DNA of 63,625 nucleotides, filler included. It is 6 parts of 6 records of this genome, joined end to end, with 100 filler letters (N's around TTAATTAATTAA, not from the genome) between each part and the next. Parts side by side here need not be neighbours in the genome. Positions count along the whole stretch, not along the records: positions 47,678 to 54,206 come from SRR31156797_22443; positions 54,307 to 63,625 come from SRR31156797_22451; 4 more parts are not named here. One strand, 5' to 3'. Of the stretch, positions 48,673-57,713 are shown in pieces. The first letter of the stretch is position 1. Every line of letters begins with the position of its first letter. A program made the translations under genes and the position numbers. Under the pieces are notes generated by a model. It did not search any database. It saw only the letters and a list, made by a program, of their open reading frames with translations, and was not told the origin of the DNA.

Positions 48673-50484
48673 TTGTCATTTTTTTCAAAAAGAAAATTGG
48701 AAATTTTTAGCGGATTTATTTTTATAATTATTTTCTATTTTTTAGGGTACAGATTAGTGGATACAACTAACTTTTTTGCTCGTGATGATGGAATTATAAC
48801 TATGAGCCACGCAAGAAATCTTGTGGATTATGGATTTATTGGAGTTAATCCATCAGGCGGAAAAGTTTTGGGATTCTCTGCACCTTTGCAATTTTTTATT
48901 TACACAATTTTCTATTTCATATTCAGAATTAATCCATATGTTTATACTATAATTCAAACTGTAGTATGTACATTTTTCTTAGGATATATTTTTAGTAAAT
49001 TTTTTAAAAATGAAAAATGGAGTTTAATCTACTCAGTCTTTGCAGCTATTTTTCTTACAAGAATATATAAATTTCTCGGCTGGCATGCCTCTGGAATGGA
49101 AAACGCATTGGTTCACTTATTTTTCATTTGGGTAGTTTATATTCTATATAATTTTGTTAAAACAAAAAAGATAAGTTATTATTATGCCATTCCTGTTTTT
49201 TATGCAACAATCGTTCGATTTGACAGCGTATATCATATTGCTCCTTTATTATTGATATTCTCAATTTATTGGTTTATTTGTAATAAAAACATAAAGGCTC
49301 TTAAATTTAGCATTATAGTAGGTATTGCTTGGATTTTGTTTATGTCATTAGTTTATTTGTACTTTGGAGATTTTTTCCCTCATACAGCAGGAGCTCAAGG
49401 AATAAGTGTAGGAACTAACATTAGAAGCATTATGTCATTTAGCTTTCCCTATTTTTTACGTAGATGGAGATTAAGCAAAATCATTATCGAGAATACTGGC
49501 GTAATTCTTGTGCCACTAATTCTTGTACCGATTGTTATATTTAATAAAAAGAACATAACAACCCAAACACGATTTGTTTACCTTATTTGTTATTCATTAC
49601 TTCTTACAGGAATATTAAATCCTTTTATTTTTGGTAATACTCGTATAGATGCTTCTAGGACAGTTACATTTTTATCAGTTATCTCAATTTTGCTTATTTG
49701 CTTAATTCTAAAAGAAATTAATTTCAAAAAGGTTATTCCTTACACGCTAGTAATTATGACAGTTATATGTGCAATCTCAACTGTTTATTTAAAAGCGCAC
49801 CCCGCTCATTATCTTGGTTTTTCTACAGAAAGCTTTGACACCAACAGAATAAAATTGGTTTCAGCTGCTAACGACAACGAAATTCATCGTGCTACCGTTT
49901 CTAATCCAGACTTGGGAATTGTGAGTTGGCACAAGCAGTTCAATATTGTTGATTTAGGTATGCTTGGCAGTCCTCTTATGACTTATATAACCGAAGACGA
50001 GCATATGATCTCATTTTATTTTGAATACATTTCCCCTGATTTAATAGAGACCCACGATACTTGGAGTGAACAATACAGTTTCTTGTGGAATTCTGATTTA
50101 TTTAATGAGCTTTATGAACCAATTACTGAGATTACATATTACAATGACGACCCAAAGATACCTCAAGGGGTGTGGATTCGTAAAGATATAATGGAAACTT
50201 CTGAATCTGATGAACGAGCATTCTATGATAAACTTAGCGAAAATCTTTGTTTAGAAACTATCGAGCAAGAGTTTGAATCCTTGCAAGTATATGATGGCAA
50301 AAGCACCGCTTACATTTCAAGAACAATCTATAAATTTATACCTGAATTGAAAGAAGCCGGATTACATAACGGTGTTAACGATATTTTTGATACTTACGAT
50401 GCTTCTGTATTTGACTATTATCTTTTAAATTCCAGCATAGATGAAAATGCTTGGAAATTAGTTTTAGAAGAATTTATTGATTAA
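48673..50484 (+). CDS. Polytopic GT-C superfamily glycosyltransferase-like membrane protein
   Basis: 'RDDGIITMSHARNL...G..VNPSGGKVLGFSAPL' first-loop motif, 'SGMEN', 'VRFD'; many TMs; TTG start after GGAG. Confidence 0.65.
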   Translation: MSFFSKRKLEIFSGFIFIIIFYFLGYRLVDTTNFFARDDGIITMSHARNLVDYGFIGVNPSGGKVLGFSAPLQFFIYTIFYFIFRINPYVYTIIQTVVCTFFLGYIFSKFFKNEKWSLIYSVFAAIFLTRIYKFLGWHASGMENALVHLFFIWVVYILYNFVKTKKISYYYAIPVFYATIVRFDSVYHIAPLLLIFSIYWFICNKNIKALKFSIIVGIAWILFMSLVYLYFGDFFPHTAGAQGISVGTNIRSIMSFSFPYFLRRWRLSKIIIENTGVILVPLILVPIVIFNKKNITTQTRFVYLICYSLLLTGILNPFIFGNTRIDASRTVTFLSVISILLICLILKEINFKKVIPYTLVIMTVICAISTVYLKAHPAHYLGFSTESFDTNRIKLVSAANDNEIHRATVSNPDLGIVSWHKQFNIVDLGMLGSPLMTYITEDEHMISFYFEYISPDLIETHDTWSEQYSFLWNSDLFNELYEPITEITYYNDDPKIPQGVWIRKDIMETSESDERAFYDKLSENLCLETIEQEFESLQVYDGKSTAYISRTIYKFIPELKEAGLHNGVNDIFDTYDASVFDYYLLNSSIDENAWKLVLEEFID

Positions 50485-50732
50485 GTATAATTAATAAGGA
50501 TACGGAATATTGGACACTTTTTGTTAGATTGTTTAGTGACCGTATCTTTTTTGTTTCGTGCTTACAATAGCATAAGGCTGTCCAAATGGGCAGGCTTTTT
50601 CTGTTTTTTTGTATGAAATAGTTGAGAAGCTCCCAAAAAAGCCCGTATAACTCAATGAATATTGTATGCACATAGTCATAAAATAAATATCATAGTTTCA
50701 GGCTCACATTACCTGCCGGGCTCCGGCTTAGA

Positions 50733-50757
50733 ATCCTCTCATCCAGACCAAGAAAAA
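50733..50757 (+). repeat. Second copy of the tRNA 3'-end direct repeat (att-like)
   Basis: Identical 25-mer to 47678-47702; upstream sequence is not a tRNA body; followed by the ATCCGAACC / GGTTCGGAT hairpin. Confidence 0.75.
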
Positions 50758-50963
50758 ATAATCCGAACCTTTTTGTTTTGAAAAATGGGTTCGGATTTGT
50801 TGTGTTTTTTGATGCTTTATAGCATAGAAGATATGCAAAAGCATTGATAAATTTTAGTTAGGGTTCAAAGGGGAAATACCTACTACTCTTATGGTTTAAT
50901 CCATGTGTAAAATGTTTTATTAGTCTGTTTTTGCATAATGAATACAATATTACAGCGTGTAAA

Positions 50964-50992
50964 TTGACATAGAGTAGTAAATATGTTAGTAT
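50964..50992 (+). promoter_or_regulatory. Sigma70/sigmaA promoter for the opu operon leader
   Basis: TTGACA, 17-nt spacer, TAGTAT with TGn extension. Confidence 0.7.
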
Positions 50993-51155
50993 TTTAAACA
51001 GTAAAACAAATATTCATAAATGTTGTAATGAAGTAGTGCTTTGAGTATTTGAAGTATGAGTTTAAATACGTTTACTAGGTGATGAGAAGGTAAGTGGATT
51101 TAGATTAATGCTTTGTAATGAAGAAATTAGCTACGAAAAATTAGATTATTGAACT

Positions 51156-51222
51156 GGGGTTTGGTTAGGACTTATTAGTCATGACCTATGCTATGTAATA
51201 TTGTGGCATAAAACGAGCATTA
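51156..51222 (+). ncRNA. Candidate cis-regulatory aptamer (Na+ riboswitch / DUF1646-like)
   Basis: GGGGTTTGG...TAGGACTTATTAGTCATGACCTA...hairpin...TAAAACGAGCA immediately before a terminator in an osmoprotectant-transporter leader; resemblance judged from memory of the consensus. Confidence 0.45.
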
Positions 51223-51231
51223 GCGAAGTTT

Positions 51232-51275
51232 AAACACTCTAACTCTTTAAAGATTAAAGAGTTAGAGTGTTTTTT
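51232..51275 (+). terminator. Intrinsic terminator within the 5' leader (attenuator)
   Basis: Perfect 19-bp stem AAACACTCTAACTCTTTAA / TTAAAGAGTTAGAGTGTTT plus T-run, between promoter and first gene. Confidence 0.85.
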
Positions 51276-51408
51276 ATTAGTGATAACAAAAAGTAGAGTT
51301 TATAAGTTCATAAATTTTTTTAATTAAATTTATATAACGATAGTAGAAAGGTGAAAAGCATAGAAAATAACAAAAATGAAAGTAGTATTAAGAGATAAGG
51401 AGAAATAA

Positions 51409-52548
51409 GTGATAAATTTAAAAAACGTTGCTAAATCCTACGACGGAAAAAACATGGTCGTAGATAATCTGGATTTAGAAATAAAAAACGGTGAGTTAGT
51501 CGTATTGGTAGGTGAAAGCGGATGCGGCAAAACCACCACTATGAAAATGATAAACAGGCTGATTGAACCTACAGGAGGAGACATTTTAATTGATGGTGAA
51601 AATATCAAAACCTATGACAAAAATGAGCTTAGACGAAATATAGGTTATGTTATTCAAAATGTGGGTTTGTTTCCTCATTTAACAATAGATAAAAATATTG
51701 CAACAGTGCCCATGCTATGCAAAAAAGACCCTGATGAAATAAACAAACGAGTTGAGGAGCTACTTGATTTAATAGAGCTGCCTCACGAAGAATATGCACA
51801 CAGATTCCCTAGGGAGCTAAGTGGTGGTCAGCAGCAAAGAGTTGGAGTTGCTAGAGCTCTGGCAAATGACCCTGATATTATTTTGATGGACGAACCGTTC
51901 AGCGCACTTGACCCTATTACACGTGAACAACTGCAAAATGAACTATTAAGACTGCAGGAAGAACTGCACAAAACAATAGTATTTGTTACCCATGATATTG
52001 ATGAGGCAATTAAACTTGGCGATAGAATTGCCGTTATGGCTGACGGTGCGATTGTGCAATACGATACACCTGAAGAAATACTTAAAAATCCTATCAATGA
52101 ATTTGTTGAAAATTTCGTAGGCAAAGACAGACTTTGGAAAACACCGGATATGCTAAAAGCTGAGGACATCATGAGCAAAAAGATGGTGAAAATCGGACAA
52201 AATCGTTCGGTTGCTCATGCTATTGAATTGATGAAAGAACATAACACAAATGTGCTTGTTGTAATAGATAAAATGTCTGAAAAGCAAAACAAGGTTGTCG
52301 GTATTGTGGGCACAAATCGCTTTAAGGGCGTTGGCGATCACAGCGTAAAGATGAAAGATATAATGAAATCTGATTTTGCAAAAATTCCATATGATATGAG
52401 CTTAGTTGATGTTCTTAATATTAGAAAAGAAAGAAAAGTTAGATTCAGCCCTGTAGTGAACGAAAACGAAAAACTAATTGGTATTATCACAAATACAAGT
52501 ATTTTAAATGTTCTTGCTGAAATAGTACCTGAAAGCGAGGATTATTAA
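51409..52548 (+). CDS. opuCA: Osmoprotectant ABC transporter ATPase with tandem CBS domains
   Basis: 'GESGCGKTTTMKMINRLIEPT', '[16 protein letters not shown]', 'MDEPFSALDPITR'; C-terminal CBS pair. Confidence 0.88.
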   Translation: MINLKNVAKSYDGKNMVVDNLDLEIKNGELVVLVGESGCGKTTTMKMINRLIEPTGGDILIDGENIKTYDKNELRRNIGYVIQNVGLFPHLTIDKNIATVPMLCKKDPDEINKRVEELLDLIELPHEEYAHRFPRELSGGQQQRVGVARALANDPDIILMDEPFSALDPITREQLQNELLRLQEELHKTIVFVTHDIDEAIKLGDRIAVMADGAIVQYDTPEEILKNPINEFVENFVGKDRLWKTPDMLKAEDIMSKKMVKIGQNRSVAHAIELMKEHNTNVLVVIDKMSEKQNKVVGIVGTNRFKGVGDHSVKMKDIMKSDFAKIPYDMSLVDVLNIRKERKVRFSPVVNENEKLIGIITNTSILNVLAEIVPESEDY

Positions 52549-53198
52549 TGAATTTATATCAATATGTAATAGACAATTATCAGCTGATATTAGAAAAAGC
52601 TGGAGAACATGTATACCTTGCGGGTATTGCTGTTTTATTAGCATGTGCTGTGGGTATTCCTGTTGGGTTCTTAATTACCAATAATAAAAAAGTTGCAAAT
52701 ATTGTAATAGGTGTTGCTAACGTAATACAGACTATACCTTCACTTGCATTGTTTGCATTTGCTCTCCCTATATTTGGTATTGGTGCTGATAATGCAATTT
52801 TTGCACTGTTTTTATATGCTCTGCTTCCTATTATCAAAAATACACTTATAGGAATACGAAATGTAAACCCTGCTATAAGAGAGGCTGCAAGAGGCATGGG
52901 AATGAGCAAAAGCCAGATTATGTTTAAGGTTGAAATTCCCCTTGCCATATCTGTTATTATGGGCGGTGTGCGTATAGCCACAGTTACTGGTATAGGAATA
53001 GCAACCATTGCTACATTAATCGGTGCAGGCGGCTTAGGTCAACTGATTTATCAAGGTATCGGCATGTGGAATACTGAAATGATATTTGCGGGTGCTATTT
53101 GTTCAGCACTTCTTGCATTGTTTGCTGACTTTGTGCTAGGTCTGGTTGAGAAGAAACTGACATCACAGGGGATTGTAAAAGAGGATAAACTTTCATAA
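52548..53198 (+). CDS. opuCB: Osmoprotectant ABC transporter permease
   Basis: 'QTIPSLAL', 'LYALLPIIKNT', 'EAARGMGM', 'IGAGGLG'. Confidence 0.88.
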   Translation: MNLYQYVIDNYQLILEKAGEHVYLAGIAVLLACAVGIPVGFLITNNKKVANIVIGVANVIQTIPSLALFAFALPIFGIGADNAIFALFLYALLPIIKNTLIGIRNVNPAIREAARGMGMSKSQIMFKVEIPLAISVIMGGVRIATVTGIGIATIATLIGAGGLGQLIYQGIGMWNTEMIFAGAICSALLALFADFVLGLVEKKLTSQGIVKEDKLS

Positions 53199-53242
53199 GG
53201 ACAAATTACAGCATATGCTGTGACATATAAAAAGGAGATATA

Positions 53243-54127
53243 ATGAAAAGAACATTATCACTAGTATTTGTAGTACTGCTAATTACATCATTGTTTTTAG
53301 TAGGCTGCTCCAAGGACGACGGCGTTATTGATATTACACATAAGGATTACACAGAACAAAGGATTACAGGACAATTGTTATCTGTTTATTTAGAAAGTAA
53401 AGGCTTTGAAACTGAGGTTACAGAATTATCTGGAACTATGCTTTGTTATACAGCACTTCAAGAAGGTGATGTTGATTTATATGCAGAATTCACAGGTTCA
53501 GCATACGGCGCAATATTGGACCAAACTGAAATTTTAGGCGTACAAGAAACATATGACTATGTTAAACAAAGATGTGAAGATGAACACGGCATTACATGGC
53601 TGACACCACTTGGCTGGAACAATACATATGTGCTTTCAGTTCGCCCTGAAACACAGGAAGAATACGGCTTAACTGATATTTCAAGTCTTATTGCTGTAGC
53701 TCCTGAATTAGTAATGGGTTGTGATGATGAATTCTTAAATCGTGCTGATGGACTTCCTGGATTAAAAGAATTTTACCCGGGACTTGAGTTCAAAGAAGAA
53801 ATCCCTATGGATCAAGGCCTAACATATGTTGCACTTCGTGATGGTGAACTTGATGTTAATGTATCATATTCTACTGACGGACGTATTGCAAAATTCGAAC
53901 TTGTAAACCTAGTAGATGATAAAAACTTTTTCCCTCCATACTATGTTACACCTATCTTGAGAATGGATTATGCAGAAGAAAATCCTGAAATTGTTGCTGC
54001 TCTTGAGGAGCTTGGTGGACACTGGGATGAAGCTGATATGCAAAAATACAACCTGATGGTTGATGAAGGTGCAGATGCCAGAGAAGTGGCTACATTGATG
54101 CTTCAGGATGCAGGACTAATAGACTAA
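53243..54127 (+). CDS. opuCC: Osmoprotectant ABC transporter substrate-binding lipoprotein
   Basis: Lipobox 'LVGC'; 'KDYTEQ', 'YAEFTGS', 'GWNNTY', 'RADG', 'YSTDGRI', 'DDKNFFPPY'. Confidence 0.88.
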   Translation: MKRTLSLVFVVLLITSLFLVGCSKDDGVIDITHKDYTEQRITGQLLSVYLESKGFETEVTELSGTMLCYTALQEGDVDLYAEFTGSAYGAILDQTEILGVQETYDYVKQRCEDEHGITWLTPLGWNNTYVLSVRPETQEEYGLTDISSLIAVAPELVMGCDDEFLNRADGLPGLKEFYPGLEFKEEIPMDQGLTYVALRDGELDVNVSYSTDGRIAKFELVNLVDDKNFFPPYYVTPILRMDYAEENPEIVAALEELGGHWDEADMQKYNLMVDEGADAREVATLMLQDAGLID

Positions 54128-54151
54128 GGATTAAAATCCTTCCTAAGTAAT

Positions 54152-54177
54152 AAAGGGTAAGCTATTGCTTACCCTTT
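54152..54177 (+). terminator. Terminator after the opu operon
   Basis: AAAGGGTAAGC / GCTTACCCTTT stem. Confidence 0.7.
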
Positions 54178-54206
54178 CAGACTGTCAAAGAAGCTTGCTT
54201 TCAATT

Positions 54207-54306
54207 NNNNNNNNNNNNNNNNNNNNNNNNNNNNNNNNNNNNNNNNNNNNTTAATTAATTAANNNNNNNNNNNNNNNNNNNNNNNNNNNNNNNNNNNNNN
54301 NNNNNN
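54207..54306. other. Artificial contig linker
   Basis: N-run with TTAATTAATTAA. Confidence 0.98.
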
Positions 54307-54624
54307 GATGTAACAAGTGAAATGAGTAGATCTGCAATAATGGAAGTTGGGAATATTATTGCAAGTTCGTATTTAAATTCTTTAAGTTTCTTTTCTGAAA
54401 TGACGGTAATACCATCAACACCGGCATTTGCTTATGATATGGCAGGAGCTTTATTGAGTGCAGTTTTATTTGAAGTTGGTGAATTAAGTGATCAGGTTGT
54501 TTTAATCGAATCGGATTTTTCAGGAAATGGAGAAGTAATAAAAGGGCACTTTTTTGTACTACCAAATCTAGAATCTTTAAATGCCCTATTAAAAGCTGTG
54601 GGGGCAAAGGTCGATGGAGAATAA
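54307..54624 (+). CDS. cheC: Chemotaxis phosphatase CheC, 5' truncated
   Basis: 'SAIMEVGNIIASSYLNSL', 'PSTPAFAYDMAGALL'; overlaps cheD. Confidence 0.9.
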   Translation, partial: DVTSEMSRSAIMEVGNIIASSYLNSLSFFSEMTVIPSTPAFAYDMAGALLSAVLFEVGELSDQVVLIESDFSGNGEVIKGHFFVLPNLESLNALLKAVGAKVDGE

Positions 54625-55096
54625 TATTGTAAAGGTAGGAATGGCTGACTACAAAGTTGCCGAAGCCCCATCAAAGCTTATTACGCTTGGTTTGGGGTCT
54701 TGTATAGGAATTACATTATATGATAAAAGAAAAAAAGTTGGTGGAATGGCTCATATAATGCTTCCGAAAAATAATAATCCTGAAAAACAATCACTTAAAT
54801 TTGCAGATACTGCAATAGAACTTATGTTAAAAGATTTAGAAAAAAAAGGTGTAAGTAAGAGAAGTTTGGAAGCAAAACTTGCTGGTGGAGCTCAAATGTT
54901 CTCTTTTAGTAGTTCGAATCAATTAAATAGTATAGGTTATAGAAATGCTTTAGCTGTGAAGGAAATATTAACTTCGCATGGAATTAAGATTATTTCTGAG
55001 GATACTGGTGGTAATAAAGGAAGAACAATAGAAATTGATCTAGACAGTGGAAAATTAAGGATAAAAACAATAGGTCAGGGAGAAACGTTCATATAG
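54614..55096 (+). CDS. cheD: Chemoreceptor glutamine deamidase CheD
   Basis: 'TLGLGSCIG', 'GGMAHIMLP', 'KFAD', 'AKLAGGAQMF', 'EDTGGNKGRTI'. Confidence 0.95.
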   Translation: MENNIVKVGMADYKVAEAPSKLITLGLGSCIGITLYDKRKKVGGMAHIMLPKNNNPEKQSLKFADTAIELMLKDLEKKGVSKRSLEAKLAGGAQMFSFSSSNQLNSIGYRNALAVKEILTSHGIKIISEDTGGNKGRTIEIDLDSGKLRIKTIGQGETFI

Positions 55097-55118
55097 AGAC
55101 AGCTTATTGGAGGTAAAG

Positions 55119-55892
55119 ATGATTGACGACAAGGAATTATGGGTTGAATACAAAAAAACAGGAAATCTACAGCTTAGAGAAGAAATTATTATAAAATATA
55201 TTCCTCTTGTAAAATATGTTGTCGGAAAAATGATAACAAATCTTCCAAAAACTGTTGAGTATGATGACTTAGTAGAATACGGTATTATTGGTTTATTAGA
55301 TGCTGTTGAAAAATACGATGTGGCTAAAAATATTAATTTTAAAACATATGCAGTTACTAGAGTCAGAGGATCAATATATGATGAGCTTAGAACTCAGGAT
55401 TGGGTTCCGAGATCTGTTAGAAAACTTGCAAAGGATGTTGAAAAAGCATATATAGCACTTGAAACTGAGATGGGAGTTCTTCCTGATGAAGATCAAGTAG
55501 CTGAGTACTTAGGGATAACGAAAAAAAAGCTCGTAGAAGTATATGCAAAAGTTGATGCAGGTAATATATCTTCTCTTGATGATATAGTCTATGATAGCGG
55601 AGAATCTAAGACAACTCTTGTTAACCTTGTTGAAGATAAAACAGCGAAGAACCCTCAAATGAATCTTGAAAAAGGTGAAGTTAAGAGAGCTCTTGTTGAA
55701 AGACTTCAAGAATTAAAGGAAAAAGAGAGATTGGTCATAACGTTATATTATTATGAAAGACTTACTCTTAAAGAAATTGGCCAAGTTTTAGAAATATCTG
55801 AATCGAGAGTTTCGCAAATTCATTCAAAAGCAATTTTAAAATTAAGATCAAAGCTCGCATCTAAATTTGGAGAATACGCAGCGATATTTTAA
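55119..55892 (+). CDS. fliA: Flagellar sigma-28 factor FliA/SigD
   Basis: 'GSIYDELRTQDWVPRSVR', 'LTLKEIGQVLEISESRVSQIHSKA'; GGAGG RBS before ATG 55119. Confidence 0.93.
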   Translation: MIDDKELWVEYKKTGNLQLREEIIIKYIPLVKYVVGKMITNLPKTVEYDDLVEYGIIGLLDAVEKYDVAKNINFKTYAVTRVRGSIYDELRTQDWVPRSVRKLAKDVEKAYIALETEMGVLPDEDQVAEYLGITKKKLVEVYAKVDAGNISSLDDIVYDSGESKTTLVNLVEDKTAKNPQMNLEKGEVKRALVERLQELKEKERLVITLYYYERLTLKEIGQVLEISESRVSQIHSKAILKLRSKLASKFGEYAAIF

Positions 55893-55949
55893 ATTTATAT
55901 TCTGATGATATTAAAAATTTTAACCTTTGAACAAAAAAATTAAACATAC

Positions 55950-55973
55950 GGCAGGTTGAAACCTGCCTTTTTT
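55950..55973 (+). terminator. Intrinsic terminator after fliA
   Basis: GGCAGGT / ACCTGCC stem plus T-run. Confidence 0.8.
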
Positions 55974-56085
55974 ATATATATTGGGAAAGTATAAACTTGT
56001 TATACTTTAAGAGCCCGACTTGATTTTTAGTAGTTAAAGACTTTTTTATAAAGAGTTATTTAAGATTTTTTTAGAGGTGAGAAAA

Positions 56086-56400
56086 ATGAGACCGATTGAT
56101 ATATCAATATTAATAAAAAGCGTTGATATCGCAGCAAAATTTAATAAAAATCAGGAAACGGCTCTAACAATTCAACAAGTTCATGCACAGCAAGATATGC
56201 AGGAGCAAACTAAGGTTAATTCTGAAACTGTTGTTAAAGCAGCACCCGTTATAATGAATCAAATCAATCCCAATAAAAGAAAAAAAGAGTTAGAATTGAG
56301 AGCTGAGTCTGAAAGACGTGAAAAGGAAGAACGTTTATTAAAAAGAAGGCAAAAACGTAGAGATCCAAATAGAGGAAGATGGATTGATATTGATGGTTAA
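56086..56400 (+). CDS. Hypothetical protein of the 'MRPID...GxxIDI' type seen near flagellar sigma loci
   Basis: N-terminal 'MRPIDI', Q-rich middle, C-terminal 'RGRWIDIDG'; GAGGTG RBS. Confidence 0.65.
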   Translation: MRPIDISILIKSVDIAAKFNKNQETALTIQQVHAQQDMQEQTKVNSETVVKAAPVIMNQINPNKRKKELELRAESERREKEERLLKRRQKRRDPNRGRWIDIDG

Positions 56401-56423
56401 TACTAATTTTTAGGGGGAGAATT

Positions 56424-56945
56424 ATGAAACTGGGCTATTTTAGAATGCTAGCTGAAAAAGATAGGTATCTTGGAGGCATTATGATCGCTGATACAAAAGG
56501 TGTTCCTATTGAATTTAAATATACTGATGTGATCAAACCAACTAAGATGCAAAAAGTTTTGTATGGAGATACATTGGAAAAATATTTAAAAGAAGAAGTT
56601 ATCATGGGTAAACTGGTAGAAGTAATAGAGAATAAGCCTGATATTTATATAGTTGATTCAATAAATGATTTTGTGCTAAAAGAGTTCGTAAATAACGATT
56701 TAGTTGTATTAAGACATACACAACTGAATTCTCTAGATAAAGTAAATGATTATCAATTTTTAAAGGCTAATGAAGCAATTATTCAATTAGTTGATAAGGA
56801 TAATCCGGTTAGGGCAATATTTGCTGAGAGTAAAAAAGATGAGATTGTTGAGAAAATTGTTAATTTCAATGTGGATAATGATATTTTAGAGCCTTTAGAT
56901 AGAATAGAGGAGGCGTTAAATCTGGTATGCGACGGGGAATTATAG
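56424..56945 (+). CDS. Conserved-looking hypothetical protein
   Basis: 'YLGGIMIADTKGVPIEFKYTD.IKPT..Q..LYG..L', 'EPLDRIEEAL'; GGGGGAG RBS. Confidence 0.7.
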   Translation: MKLGYFRMLAEKDRYLGGIMIADTKGVPIEFKYTDVIKPTKMQKVLYGDTLEKYLKEEVIMGKLVEVIENKPDIYIVDSINDFVLKEFVNNDLVVLRHTQLNSLDKVNDYQFLKANEAIIQLVDKDNPVRAIFAESKKDEIVEKIVNFNVDNDILEPLDRIEEALNLVCDGEL

Positions 56946-57631
56946 GAAAAATTAAAGATACACTTTCTAAAACACCTAAAGTACCTGAATTAATAAAAGT
57001 AAATATCAGTAACGAAAAATTAAATGATTTTAATGTTAAAATTATTGATTATGAAAAAGAAGCTAATAAATTTAATATTAATAACAAAGAACTAATGTTT
57101 GATATAAATATAAGAAACTTTGAAAAAAAATCAGAAATAAAAATTTTAAATCAGGAATTTTCTATAAATGATGTTTCAGCATCTTCTATTAATATAGACC
57201 AGATAGAAACAGTAGTAAAAGCTGGAGGAAATATAACGTTTGAGTCAAAAATAAAAGATGAAAAAGTTACTTTATTTGATCTTAAAATAAAAGAAAGTTA
57301 TGAAGAGAGTCAAGCAAATATAAGAGATGGAATAGAACTAATATGTGGAATTTCAAAAACATATTATTCTGAAATTTCGCTAGCAAAAGAAAAAATAAGG
57401 GAAATTGGTGTTAAAATTAAAAAAAAATATCCTGAAATTAGTTTTAAAGAGTATGGAATAAAATACATTTTTACTGAAATTCCTTATAGATCAATAGAGA
57501 AATTTAATTATAATGATAAAAAGGGAAGTCTGCAAGTTTTTTATAAGAAGAGTTTTATAGAAAGTGAATTGATTAACTTTGTAGTTTTGAAGAATATAAA
57601 TTCAAATGCTCTTAAAAAAATATTTATTTGA
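56927..57631 (+). CDS. Hypothetical K/I/N-rich protein
   Basis: Long ORF overlapping the previous gene; GAGGAGG RBS. Confidence 0.6.
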   Translation: MRRGIIGKIKDTLSKTPKVPELIKVNISNEKLNDFNVKIIDYEKEANKFNINNKELMFDINIRNFEKKSEIKILNQEFSINDVSASSINIDQIETVVKAGGNITFESKIKDEKVTLFDLKIKESYEESQANIRDGIELICGISKTYYSEISLAKEKIREIGVKIKKKYPEISFKEYGIKYIFTEIPYRSIEKFNYNDKKGSLQVFYKKSFIESELINFVVLKNINSNALKKIFI

Positions 57632-57713
57632 AAAAAGCCATCATTTATGCTAGAATAAATTGGACTATAAGTAGAAAAATAAAGATTCTTATAAAAAATT
57701 AGGAGGCTGTGAA

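Noticed and set aside
51000-51230. T-box or canonical c-di-AMP riboswitch in the opu leader
   Set aside because: No GGTGGNACCGCG T-box sequence, and the GCTGAA...GGGGTGAAT...CAGCTAAC features of the ydaO aptamer were not found by eye
7054-54306. TTAATTAATTAA inside N-runs recurring five times, and apparent gene neighbourhoods or ORFs crossing them
   Set aside because: Synthetic six-frame-stop contig linkers. Composition and taxonomy change at each one, so cross-linker context (e.g. Arcobacter flagellar genes with cheC/fliA) is meaningless.
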